A program made the position numbers and the translations under genes. Of a stretch of DNA of 64,000 bases, positions 1-9,827 are shown piece by piece; positions within the stretch are counted from its first letter, which is position 1, and each line of letters starts with the position of its first letter. The notes beneath the pieces were generated by a model that was not told the origin of the DNA, ran no database searches, and saw only the letters and a program-made list of their open reading frames with translations. Source of the DNA: Neophaeotheca triangularis (lineage: Eukaryota); NCBI GenBank assembly GCA_054600435.1, contig BAAIJX010000050.1, forward strand, positions 1 through 64,000, in the 5' to 3' direction.

Positions 1-119
1 CCTAACCCTAACCCTAACCCTAACCCTAACCCTAACCCTAACCCTAACCCTAACCCTAACCCTAACCCTAACCCTAACCCTAACCCTAACCCTAACCCTA
101 ACCCTAACCCTAACCCTAA
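1..119 (+). repeat. Telomeric repeat tract (CCCTAA)n, left chromosome end
   Basis: Perfect CCCTAA tandem array (~20 units) from the first base; ends abruptly at 119. Confidence 0.98.
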
Positions 120-1374
120 GAGCCTCTACGGCCAAATTTGAGCCATATGAGTGGCCATAGCGGTCCCATAAAGCCTTCCATTCCACCGTGCGCGCTCCCC
201 CTAATGTAGTGATGTACATCGTATGTAATGAATGACGTGATATGTCAAGACATACGCAATTCTCGACATATGTGAGTAAAGTCTAATTGACACCGTGTCT
301 AGGGGCTCGCGAGAACATCTACTAAGGACTTGCACCGAAAACCTAAGTGAATGGGAAATCGATAAACAAGTCACGAAGACCCGTGTCAGAATGGAGCTAT
401 GCCGAAAATAGTCATGGCGTCTACTTTTGGTGGCGGTGATGGGCGCAGCGTGGTTAGATTCTGACGAGAACTGTTCGTTCACTCTAGCGATTGCCACGAC
501 GCTTAGCCATGGGTAATGAGTGCTCATTAATCTGTGTCTCGTTTTCTTCGTATGTAATACACATCTATCCTGGTTTCTTAATGTGGCGTCTGCGAAGGCT
601 TCATCCGCCCTTCAGTGGCTTGCTGCACTCGCACCTGCCAAAAGCTCTCGGCCGGACGGATCTGACTCCTAGACTTCCAATCCGAGACCCGTCGCCTGTC
701 ACAATGCCCAATTAATGAAGTACATGAAGTATCACTGCAAATTGGGCGCTCAAACTCTGACCCATTGGCGGGATCGATACCACCGTCCCCAAACATCTTC
801 CCGGAAAGCCTAGAAGCTCGAAAATGCTGCTTGCAGGCTGTTTTCATGTAGGTATAATATATCGACAACCGTTTCTATATCGCAAGCTGACAATGTTATT
901 CTTGACTGTCTGACGGCTTGTAAGACCTCTAGAGTAGCACGCAAAACCAGGACAGGTCGCGACCGCAACCGTCTAACAGGGTGTATGTTCTGGGCTCCTC
1001 CAGGCCGCCGGCACTGCCGGTGTACAGTGGCAGCGCACGATCGACTACGGGCTCTGAAGCACCTAATGCAGAGTACTGATTGATCACTGAGCTCTGGTCG
1101 TTCGCAATCTCGCTGTGAGTTTTGATGTCTAAGACGTACTTTGTCCGACAGCCGAGCTAAGATCCAGAGCGTTTGCCAAACAATACAAAGCGGGCATTGC
1201 TGGGACTCCCACCGGATGTTCATACTACAGATTTACTCTGATTGAAAGATTGGCGATCGCTTACTCTACTGCTAAGACACCGATTTTTCTTCATAGCAAT
1301 CCCACTGGATAGGTGCACGTTGCAGCTTCACAGTGTTTAGGCGAAGCTGCGCCCTGGAGGCGACTACGCGATAT

Positions 1375-2958
1375 CTACAGTTTGCTGCCGACTTGACTTT
1401 GCTCCGAGAGCAGCAATGTCTCTGGCCTTGACTCTTGAATAATGTGCCCGATCCGAGCAGCGAACATCATCGTTGGCCACATGGTATTGCAAGCAGGCGA
1501 GGTTGGAATGACAGACGCATCTGCCACCCAGAGGTTTCGTGTGCCGTAGACGGAGCCCCTCTGATCAACGACGCCGCCCTCTCCCCTTGTGGCCATTCGA
1601 CACGAGCCGGTGAAATGGTAGGTGCTTGTGACGTGGGCTTTTATCCACTCGTTGAGAGAGTGGTCGTCTTGCACGGTCGCTGGATCAAGCTCAAGCGGCT
1701 TTCCCAGGACGGACTTCACCTCTGGTGATTCCATCAGCTGGAAGGCTTTCCGCACCGCTTCTCGGCCGCAAGCAAGATCGGTGGCTGTTTCGAAGTAGCG
1801 AAGTCTGACTCTTGGGTGCTCTGTTGCTGCCTTGGACACAATATGCACCGATCCCATTGACTCAGGCTTGTTCACGTTGCATCCGACGCCGGCGACCACA
1901 CTTCTGTGCGATGCTTCGTCGGGCTCACCAGGGCGGAGGATGTAGCTGAAAAACACCATCTGTAGGTCGGTGGCCTTGGGTTTGATACTGGAAGACCATC
2001 TGGCTTGCATTTGAAGCGAGAAGTCTTGTTCATCAAAGGCGCCTGGATGCGGTAGAGCAACGATCGGTAACATGGGATGATCTGACATACACTCGCCAGA
2101 GGGCAGGTCTTCCAGAATGGGAATGTCCAAGGAGCGCAAAAGCGGCGCCGGACCAATTCCTGATCTTTGCAGAATCGTGGGCGAATGCAAAGCGCCAGCC
2201 GCGAGAATGACTCCATGCATTGCCACAACTACGCGATTGTTGGCCAGTACCACGCCCACTGCCTGCCTGCCAGAGAACTTGATTCGTGCAACGGCAGTAT
2301 CAGGCCATACGGTGAGGTTTCGTCCTCTGAATGGAGCAAGGAACGTGTCGGCTGCGCTGATTCGGCGATTTCCTGATCTGCATACAGGAGATGCCCCTAC
2401 CCCCTCGCTGCCTGGCGCGTTAAGATCGTTCGTCCAAGGAATGCCAAAGTTCAGTGAGGCGTCCACGAAAGCACGCTGAATCTTTCCTGCTTGGTCGTAC
2501 GGAGTCCGCATCAAAGGATGAGGGAGCGGGGATCCCTGCCTGCGGCCGGCTTCCAAGTCATCGTACACCTTGGTGACTTCCCCGAAGCCCCAGGTAGCGT
2601 TACCAAGTGCGACCCACTCCTGAGAGTCCGATGCTGTGGAGCGGAGGGCAGTTCCTCCGTTGATGCTACTCCCACCTCCGACGAGTTTTGCTTGCGCTAC
2701 ATTACTGAACTTGGCGTCCGTTAGCTCCATTCGCATGTTCCAGTCGATGGCCTCGTTCGGCTTTACGAATTGGCCTCTCATCGGGACTCGCCGCGCGTCG
2801 CGAATGCTGCTACTCTGATCGTCATTGTCCACGCTATAGTCCGGGCCGGCCTCGATCAGTAAGACTCTGGACTCTCTGTCTTCGCATATTTGGGCGGCCA
2901 CGACGCAGCCGGCGGAGCCAGCGCCAACGACGATGTGGGTAAAGTCATCGGTGTCCAT
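1375..2958 (-). CDS. GMC (glucose-methanol-choline) oxidoreductase, intracellular, intronless
   Basis: 527 aa ORF; FAD motif IVVGAGSAG, LLIEAG, GGGSSING, LQRSGIGP, catalytic region TYHFTGSCRM and CNTMWPT, VADASVIP; no signal peptide. Confidence 0.93.
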   Translation of the reverse strand: MDTDDFTHIVVGAGSAGCVVAAQICEDRESRVLLIEAGPDYSVDNDDQSSSIRDARRVPMRGQFVKPNEAIDWNMRMELTDAKFSNVAQAKLVGGGSSINGGTALRSTASDSQEWVALGNATWGFGEVTKVYDDLEAGRRQGSPLPHPLMRTPYDQAGKIQRAFVDASLNFGIPWTNDLNAPGSEGVGASPVCRSGNRRISAADTFLAPFRGRNLTVWPDTAVARIKFSGRQAVGVVLANNRVVVAMHGVILAAGALHSPTILQRSGIGPAPLLRSLDIPILEDLPSGECMSDHPMLPIVALPHPGAFDEQDFSLQMQARWSSSIKPKATDLQMVFFSYILRPGEPDEASHRSVVAGVGCNVNKPESMGSVHIVSKAATEHPRVRLRYFETATDLACGREAVRKAFQLMESPEVKSVLGKPLELDPATVQDDHSLNEWIKAHVTSTYHFTGSCRMATRGEGGVVDQRGSVYGTRNLWVADASVIPTSPACNTMWPTMMFAARIGHIIQESRPETLLLSEQSQVGSKL

Positions 2959-3339
2959 GGTGCAGCGATGATGTCTCGTGGTGACATGGAAGCCGGAACA
3001 AACTACTAAAAAACGGCTCTGAACCGTCGTGTTGCTGCCCTCACACGCTGCCTGGCAAAGATTTCTTGTGGACTACCATGGGCCGAGGACAGGATGAACG
3101 TGTAGTAGTGAAGCAATGCCACGATCGGCTGAAAGCCTAATCGTTAAAACTCATCTTGCGCCATTTAACCGAGCTTGGCCACGCCCGCTTCGGAAGACCA
3201 ACGGAGGCCATGAATAACGCCATGACTCTATGTAAAGAGGAACTATTGTATCACTGATCGCTGAGATCAAGCAAGTCCAGTAGACTATACACGAAAGTAA
3301 TCGTCAACGCCTGCTCTCCTGTATCTTTGTCATCTCGAC

Positions 3340-4245
3340 ATGGACTTGGTGGGTATTGCCTCAATAATACCCCCCAACCTGCGAGAACAAGCGGTGTACT
3401 AACAGGACCAGTACGATTTGAAGGACCAAACCGCTGTAGTCACTGGCGCAGCACGAGGGATAGGCCTTTCTTTCGCTTTCGTACTTGCTCGAGCGAACTG
3501 CAATGTAGCCATCATCGACGTCCTATCTGAACCGAGCGACGACCTAACGACGTTAAGGTCACAACATGGCATCAAGGCGGAATACTACCAATGCGACATA
3601 ACTTCCCAATCCAAGGTCACGGCAGTCGTGGATGCTATAGAAGCCGCTTTTGGACAGATCGACATCAACATCAATGCCGCAGGGGTCGTGCAAGACCAGA
3701 AGTTCCTGGACACAACGGAGATCAATCTTGCCAGGACTTTTGACGTGAACTTCAAAGGTTCCTTCTTCGTCGCTCAAGCTTGTGCGAGGAGTATGGTGAA
3801 GAAAGTCCAGGCGTCTCACAGCTCCTCCGAGTCAGTGGAAATGACGAAGTCAGGCGGTTGTATTGTCTTCATCGGATCGATCGCAACACATATCGCATCT
3901 TGTGCGCAGACCATCAGCGCATACGTTGCGTCGAAGTCAGCCGTCCGTGGTCTCGTCAAGCCACTTGCAGTTGAGCTGGCGCCGTACTACATCAGAGTTA
4001 ACAGCATCAGTCCCGGCTACATCGCCACGGACATGATGCAGCAGCTGGAAAAGCAGCAGCCTCAGATAGTGAAGCAGTTCAAGAGTGAGACGCCGCTGAC
4101 CGGGGGTGCGAGAATAGGGCAGCCAAGCGACCTTCATGGGCCTCTGCTCATGCTCTGTTCGCGGAAGAGTGGCGGATGGGTAACGGGTCAGGACGTGTTA
4201 GTCGACGGAGGGGCTGGATCTTGGAAGCATGCAGGTGTACTATAG
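3340..4245 (+). CDS. Short-chain dehydrogenase/reductase (polyol/sugar dehydrogenase-like)
   Basis: TGAARGIG, NAG, catalytic YVASK, RVNSISPG. Proposed exon 1 ATG GAC TTG at 3340-3348 and intron 3349-3411 (GTGGGT...CTAAC...CAG), in frame with the 3418 ORF. Confidence 0.92.
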
Positions 4246-4501
4246 TCTCATCCTCTGGGTCGATAGCTGCAGACAACCCGTCGATAAGTTGCACCTCGTA
4301 ATTTTTTGGGCATTTCGAGCATTGCTTGGATATACAGTCCCAGTATCGAACCTTCCAAAGTGTCTACAATCTCACGAAAAGGGTGGTTTACCATAAACAT
4401 GAGTAGACCTTTTGTGATATACAGTCGAGATACTAATCGACCGTAACTATGACTCCCTCTATGCGAACCTGCCCATGACAGCAATACCTTGAAACCTTGA
4501 T

Positions 4502-6318
4502 TCATACATTCTCCGTCTTGGAAAAGTCCTCGTCGAGTTTCTCCACTTGCTCGCCTCGCTCCAGCTCACCAGGTCCTTCCTCAATCCTGTCGACTTCGTC
4601 GAAGAGCATGCGGGCAGCGACTGGCACGCTGCCGCCGGCAGCATTAATACGTGCTTGGTAAGCCTCCATGTTCTTGCTGACCAGGATGTTGTCGCTCGTA
4701 AAGAGCAGATTGACTTCTTCGAGACTTTTGTTGGCAACTTCGGGGTAGAAGAAGTGAATGACCGGAAAGCAGACAATGTTCATGGCTCCGAAGAACAGAA
4801 AGGTTCCGTAACCGAGTTGCTCTAACATGATGGGAATGACGAAGCCGGTGACACCGCAACCTATGGCCCAGCCAACGATCGTCATGGCGTAACCCTTGGC
4901 GCGTACTTCTTGCGGCCAGATCTCCGTCCCGTAGAGCCAGCAAGGCACGATGTTGAACATAGTGAAGAACCACAGGAAGATGAAAGCGAACGCTGCGGCT
5001 GCTGTTCCCAAGGACGTCGCCTGTGCAGGGCTTATGGCTAAGTTATCCTGGGATGTCTTGATGAATGCCCCTACCAAGAAGAGCGATATGCCCTGAATCA
5101 CGAACGATATCAGGAGGGATTGGCGTCTGCCTAGACGATCAATGACGAGCGCGGCGGCTGCTGTTCCGGGAATTCCAAACGTATTGATCAGGCCGCCGAG
5201 CCAGGCTGACTTGTAATCGTCGAATCCAGCAAGCGAGAACAAAGAGTTGGCCCAGGTCGCGATGGCAAGAATGCCGGTCCATTGCTGAATAGTCTGCAGA
5301 AGAGCTCCGGCGATGGCGCGACGGCCAAGGTGCAGTGACCCGGAGTACCGGCCTCCGAAGAGAATGTTGATGTAATTGTTCCTTTTGTGTCGTGAGCCTT
5401 CGACGATGGCGTCGAGCTGCTCGAGCTCGAGAACAAGGGCAGAGTCCTCCGCCGAGACGTCTCCTCGAATTTTCATCAGAATCTCGACCGCCTCCTGGCG
5501 TCGGTGATTAGCGATCAGCCATCTATTCAGTAAAATATGTCAGTCAAATCGAGCAGCATATGTAGTAGAGGGGATTGCCCACCTTGGAGATTCCGGAAGT
5601 AACGGGATCGTAAGCACTACCAGGATCATTGGTATCGCCATGAATGCTAGTGGGAAGCGCCAGCGGAACTCCGGCTCGGTATCCCTAATGCCGAAGTTGA
5701 GCCAGTAGGCTATGACAATCCCCAGGTAGTTTGCGATGAAGACCAGAGCAAAAGTCGACCCACGATCGTGAGAGGAGGATCCTTCCGACACCCATGATGG
5801 GATGATGGTATTGACGAAACCGATGCCCAGCCCCGCGATGATTCGAGCGCAGATAAACTACATGCATGGTCAGCGACAATCAGCACGCTCATTTCTGGGT
5901 GTTTGTGCATACCATGTCCGAATTGACGCTGCCAGCCATGAGCGCTGAGCCAAGAATACAGAAGACAGCACCAATCGCTACACCCTTCTTTCTTCCTATC
6001 TTATCGGCGACCCAGCCTGAGAAGGTCAGTGCCGTGATACAACAGAGGGCCTAGAGAGTTCGTACCTCCAGATAGGGCTCCGAAAATCGCTCCAAAATAG
6101 TATGTAGCTGCCAGACCACCTTGCTTTGTTGAATCGGTCACGACACCCAACTCGCCGATCTTGGCCATCTCGATGAACCCGGGCGTCCCACTGATATTGC
6201 CATAGACCCCTTGATTGTAGCCTTCAAAGATGAGAGCAGTAGCGCTAAAGACGTTGAGGAGCATGAGGAGTACCCTCCCAGGCAAACGTCTCCATATTTT
6301 GGTATCGAGTGAAAGCAT
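4502..6318 (-). CDS. MFS sugar porter family transporter (spliced, about 3 introns)
   Basis: EGYNQG, PESPRW, IQQWTG, IDRLGRR, TEIWPQEVRAKG, PEVANKSLEEV spread over ORFs joined by GT-AG introns; ATG at 6318 (MLSLDTK). Confidence 0.92.
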
Positions 6319-6827
6319 ACTTGGAAGCAACGCTGGCCGTTGTCTTCGCGATGTGGATGCACAGGTCTTCCAAGGTAATCAAATAATGAGCGCGACAGCA
6401 TGTGATAGTCGATTCAAGCAATGGCGGGCTGGATGTGTTCGAAGAGAACCGAGAGCCTGGTCGTAGTTCGAGGGGATGTGTGAAACGAGCAGTAGCAATT
6501 AATACTACTAATGCGTCCCTACGTAGGAACATTGTACGCCGAGCGGAGAAGGTCAGGTTTCAAACCTGGACTTCGCTTGAATGGAGCGGCTAAAAGGCTT
6601 CTGCGTTCCCGAGAGGCGAAGCTACCGCCGCCGAGGCATGCGCGGCAGTCCCGGATGTCAAGTAGTCCAACCGAAGGCATTGATTACACGCTGTTGGTTC
6701 CGGACCAGATTGACAGAGAAGAATGCACGCCTTAACTTGAGCTTCGTCGTTGAGTGTCCCAATCTCGTACCGAAAGGTTTGTGAAAGCACGACAGTCCCT
6801 GGTCCAAACACCCGGCAGCTTCTAGCC

Positions 6828-8000
6828 ATGGCGGGCGATCGCACTACCTGTCGTTGGGCCATCTTGTCGCTCTCAAACATTGCCAGCGTTTTTGTGCCAG
6901 ACATTCTACTTCCCAGAGCAGATTCGGAGAAGTACGTCCATGAAGTCGTTGCTGTCGGAACGACGAGGACCGCCGGGGAAGCGAGGAAATGGCTCGACGC
7001 CAATGGAGTCCGCGACACCTCAGTCCAGATCTACAACGACACAGAGAGACTCCTGAAGGAAGGTGACTTCGACGTCCTTTACATATCGTCACCTCATCCC
7101 CTCCACTACAGTCACGTCACGAAAGCACTCGAGCATGGCCGAAATGTGCTCGTCGAGAAGCCAGCAACCATGAATGCTCAACAGTTCGCCGCTCTGATAG
7201 ACCTGGCGCAACAGCGAGGCGTTGTGCTGATGGAAGCAATGTGGACACGGTACCTACCAGCTAGTCGCTACTTCGAGAAGGACTTACTACCACGCATCGG
7301 CGAGGTGAAGCGAGTCTTCTCCGACTTCTCGTTCCCAATCGTGGGCAAAGATCTCTCTCGCGACTCGAGATTTCTGGACAAGCAAGCCGGAGCGGGAGCC
7401 CTACTCGATCAAGGCGTTTACGCGTTGCACTGGATAGAGCTTGCGCTTCACGGACTTGCCGGCGATCATGGCAAGACGGATGTTGCCTATTCTAATAGCA
7501 TTAGCGTACCTGGGGTTGTAGGCGAGGTCGACGACATTGATACCATCGTCTTGACTCATTCCCGTGCCGGCAACGAGCAGCAGTCCGGCGTCGCGATCTG
7601 TTCAACGAGCATGACGATTCCTGGCTCGAGCCAACCTGCATTTTACCGGCGCTTAGAAGCAAAGAAACTTGGACCTGCGGTGAAAATAGAAGGTGCGAAG
7701 GGGTCGGTAGCAATCCCATTCCCTCCGATCCGTCCGCAGAAGCTACACATGCTGTGGTATGGTGAAGATCATCTTGACGAGACGGGAATGGAGAGGGAGG
7801 AGATCGTCGACAGACCTGTAGAGCGGGGTTGGGGCTTGTGGTATCAAGCAGACGTGATGGCGAGCAAGGTGATTGCTAGACCGCAGAATGCAGGCGGGGA
7901 TGTTGTCGGACATCTTGCCTCCATGAGGGTCTTGCGCTGGATGGACGAGGCGCGGAGGCAGGCCGGGATTACTTACGAGTCTCAGCTCGGGAAGGTTTAG
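6828..8000 (+). CDS. Gfo/Idh/MocA family oxidoreductase (dimeric dihydrodiol dehydrogenase/xylose dehydrogenase-like)
   Basis: DVLYISSPHPLH, VLVEKP, LMEAMWTRYLP, GALLDQGVY; first ATG at 6828; intronless. Confidence 0.9.
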   Translation: MAGDRTTCRWAILSLSNIASVFVPDILLPRADSEKYVHEVVAVGTTRTAGEARKWLDANGVRDTSVQIYNDTERLLKEGDFDVLYISSPHPLHYSHVTKALEHGRNVLVEKPATMNAQQFAALIDLAQQRGVVLMEAMWTRYLPASRYFEKDLLPRIGEVKRVFSDFSFPIVGKDLSRDSRFLDKQAGAGALLDQGVYALHWIELALHGLAGDHGKTDVAYSNSISVPGVVGEVDDIDTIVLTHSRAGNEQQSGVAICSTSMTIPGSSQPAFYRRLEAKKLGPAVKIEGAKGSVAIPFPPIRPQKLHMLWYGEDHLDETGMEREEIVDRPVERGWGLWYQADVMASKVIARPQNAGGDVVGHLASMRVLRWMDEARRQAGITYESQLGKV

Positions 8001-8366
8001 CTGTCATCGGCAATGGCACGGTACGGAGCTGACTGTAAGCGGTGACGCTCTTGGATCTGGTAGATATGAGTAAAATGCAAATGAGGTTAGCCATTTGTTC
8101 GAGTCAAACGTCGGCCCCGATGCGCGCGCTTGCGAGTGCCCTCTCATTGCAGTGGCGAATTAAGCGAGCCGATGAATAATTAAACATTCAACCGAGAGCT
8201 CCGCAACCGAGATCGGGATGAGCATTGCTACTGCGTAATTGAACGTTCCCTTTCGCTCTTAACATCGTTCGAGTCGTGCCATGATACTTTGTCCATTTTC
8301 CGGTGCCGCAGTCTGCAGCAAAAGACCTGATCGTTGTGACGAAAGAACACACCAAAGCCCTTTAAC

Positions 8367-9716
8367 ATGGCAATCCACGAAAACAAAGCGGCGACAGTCA
8401 ATGGGCATAGAGTCAAGGCAAGTCCTGGGCTGGACCTCGTTGTCCTTGGTCTTAACTCGGGAACGTCAATGGATGGTATTGACTGCGCCCTCTGCCATTT
8501 CCAACAAGAGTCTCCGGATGCACCTATGCGCTTTACGCTGCTGGAGTACGACGAGATACCTCTTGAGCGGACGATCAAAGACAGAGTCCTGCGGATGATC
8601 TACGAGAACACGACAACACCTGAGGAGCTATCTGAGGTAAATGTCATCCTTGGCAATACCTTCGCAAAAGCGGCCAAAGACTTCGCCAATAAGAAGGGCT
8701 ACCCACTCACAAACATCGACGTCATTGGATCCCACGGACAGACGATCTGGCTGCTGAGCATGCCAGAGAAGGGTCAAGTCAGATCGGCGTTAACGATGGC
8801 GGAGGGCACTTTCATAGCTAGCCAGACCGGGATAACGACAGTAACGGACTTCCGAGTGTCCGACCAAGCAGCAGGGAGACAAGGAGCGCCGCTCATTGCG
8901 TTCTTCGACGCTTTGGTCCTGCATCATCCGAACAAGCTGCGAGCCTGCCAGAACATCGGCGGAATTGCGAATGTCTGCTTTATTCCGCCGGACAAAGACG
9001 GGAGGCTTGATCCGGCTTACTTCGATTTCGACACCGGGCCGGGTAACGTTTTCATCGACGCCGTAGTGAGGCGCTTCACGGATGGAGCACGGGAGTATGA
9101 TAAAGACGGAGCCATGGGTAAAGCAGGAACGGTCTGCCAGGACATGGTTGACGATTTCCTCACGAGCCATCCTTACTTCGCAAAGCCGATACCGAAGACG
9201 ACCGGGCGAGAAGTGTTCCGAGAGTCTATGGCCACCGATCTGGTAGCACAGGGTCTTGAGAGAGGTCTGACCAAGGATGATATTGTAGCGACCGTGACAC
9301 GTATCACGGCACAAGCGATCGTCGAACACTACCGAAGGTACATGCCGAGGGACTGCGGTCCGCTGGAGGAGATCTTCATGTGCGGAGGTGGAGCAAAGAA
9401 CCCCAACATCACTTCCTATATCCAGCAAGCTTTCCCAGAAACGCGGATCGTCATGCTGGACGAGGCAGGAGTGCCGGCTGATGCAAAGGAAGCCATCACG
9501 TTCGCATGGCAGGGTATGGAGGCAATCGTGGGTCGAAGCATTCCCGTCCCGGATCAAGTCGAGACAAGGGCGCCATATGTGTTGGGAAAGATCAGCCCTG
9601 GGCGGAACTTCAGAGCAGTCATGCGAAAGGGACTGGCATTTGGCGGGCTGTCGGATATCCTAGAGCCAGTGAGCGAGCTCTCTATTTGTCTGGCGGGGAA
9701 GGCGAAAGGCGTCTAA
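8367..9716 (+). CDS. lgk: Levoglucosan kinase (AnmK/UPF0075 family 1,6-anhydrosugar kinase)
   Basis: [85 protein letters not shown]; closely matches my recollection of fungal (Lipomyces-type) LGK along its full length. Confidence 0.93.
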   Translation: MAIHENKAATVNGHRVKASPGLDLVVLGLNSGTSMDGIDCALCHFQQESPDAPMRFTLLEYDEIPLERTIKDRVLRMIYENTTTPEELSEVNVILGNTFAKAAKDFANKKGYPLTNIDVIGSHGQTIWLLSMPEKGQVRSALTMAEGTFIASQTGITTVTDFRVSDQAAGRQGAPLIAFFDALVLHHPNKLRACQNIGGIANVCFIPPDKDGRLDPAYFDFDTGPGNVFIDAVVRRFTDGAREYDKDGAMGKAGTVCQDMVDDFLTSHPYFAKPIPKTTGREVFRESMATDLVAQGLERGLTKDDIVATVTRITAQAIVEHYRRYMPRDCGPLEEIFMCGGGAKNPNITSYIQQAFPETRIVMLDEAGVPADAKEAITFAWQGMEAIVGRSIPVPDQVETRAPYVLGKISPGRNFRAVMRKGLAFGGLSDILEPVSELSICLAGKAKGV

Positions 9717-9827
9717 TCAGCCAGATTTCAGCGCAGCCAGATTGTAACAACTCTTGAACTAAGTGTACCCATTCCATACTATGTAGTTCAGTTGTCCCCG
9801 CTTCCCGCCATATGCGTTACCCAAGTT

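Noticed and set aside
8790..9557. Long antisense ORFs (also 44892-45704 and 50510-51361)
   Set aside because: Shadow frames of real GC-rich genes on the opposite strand.
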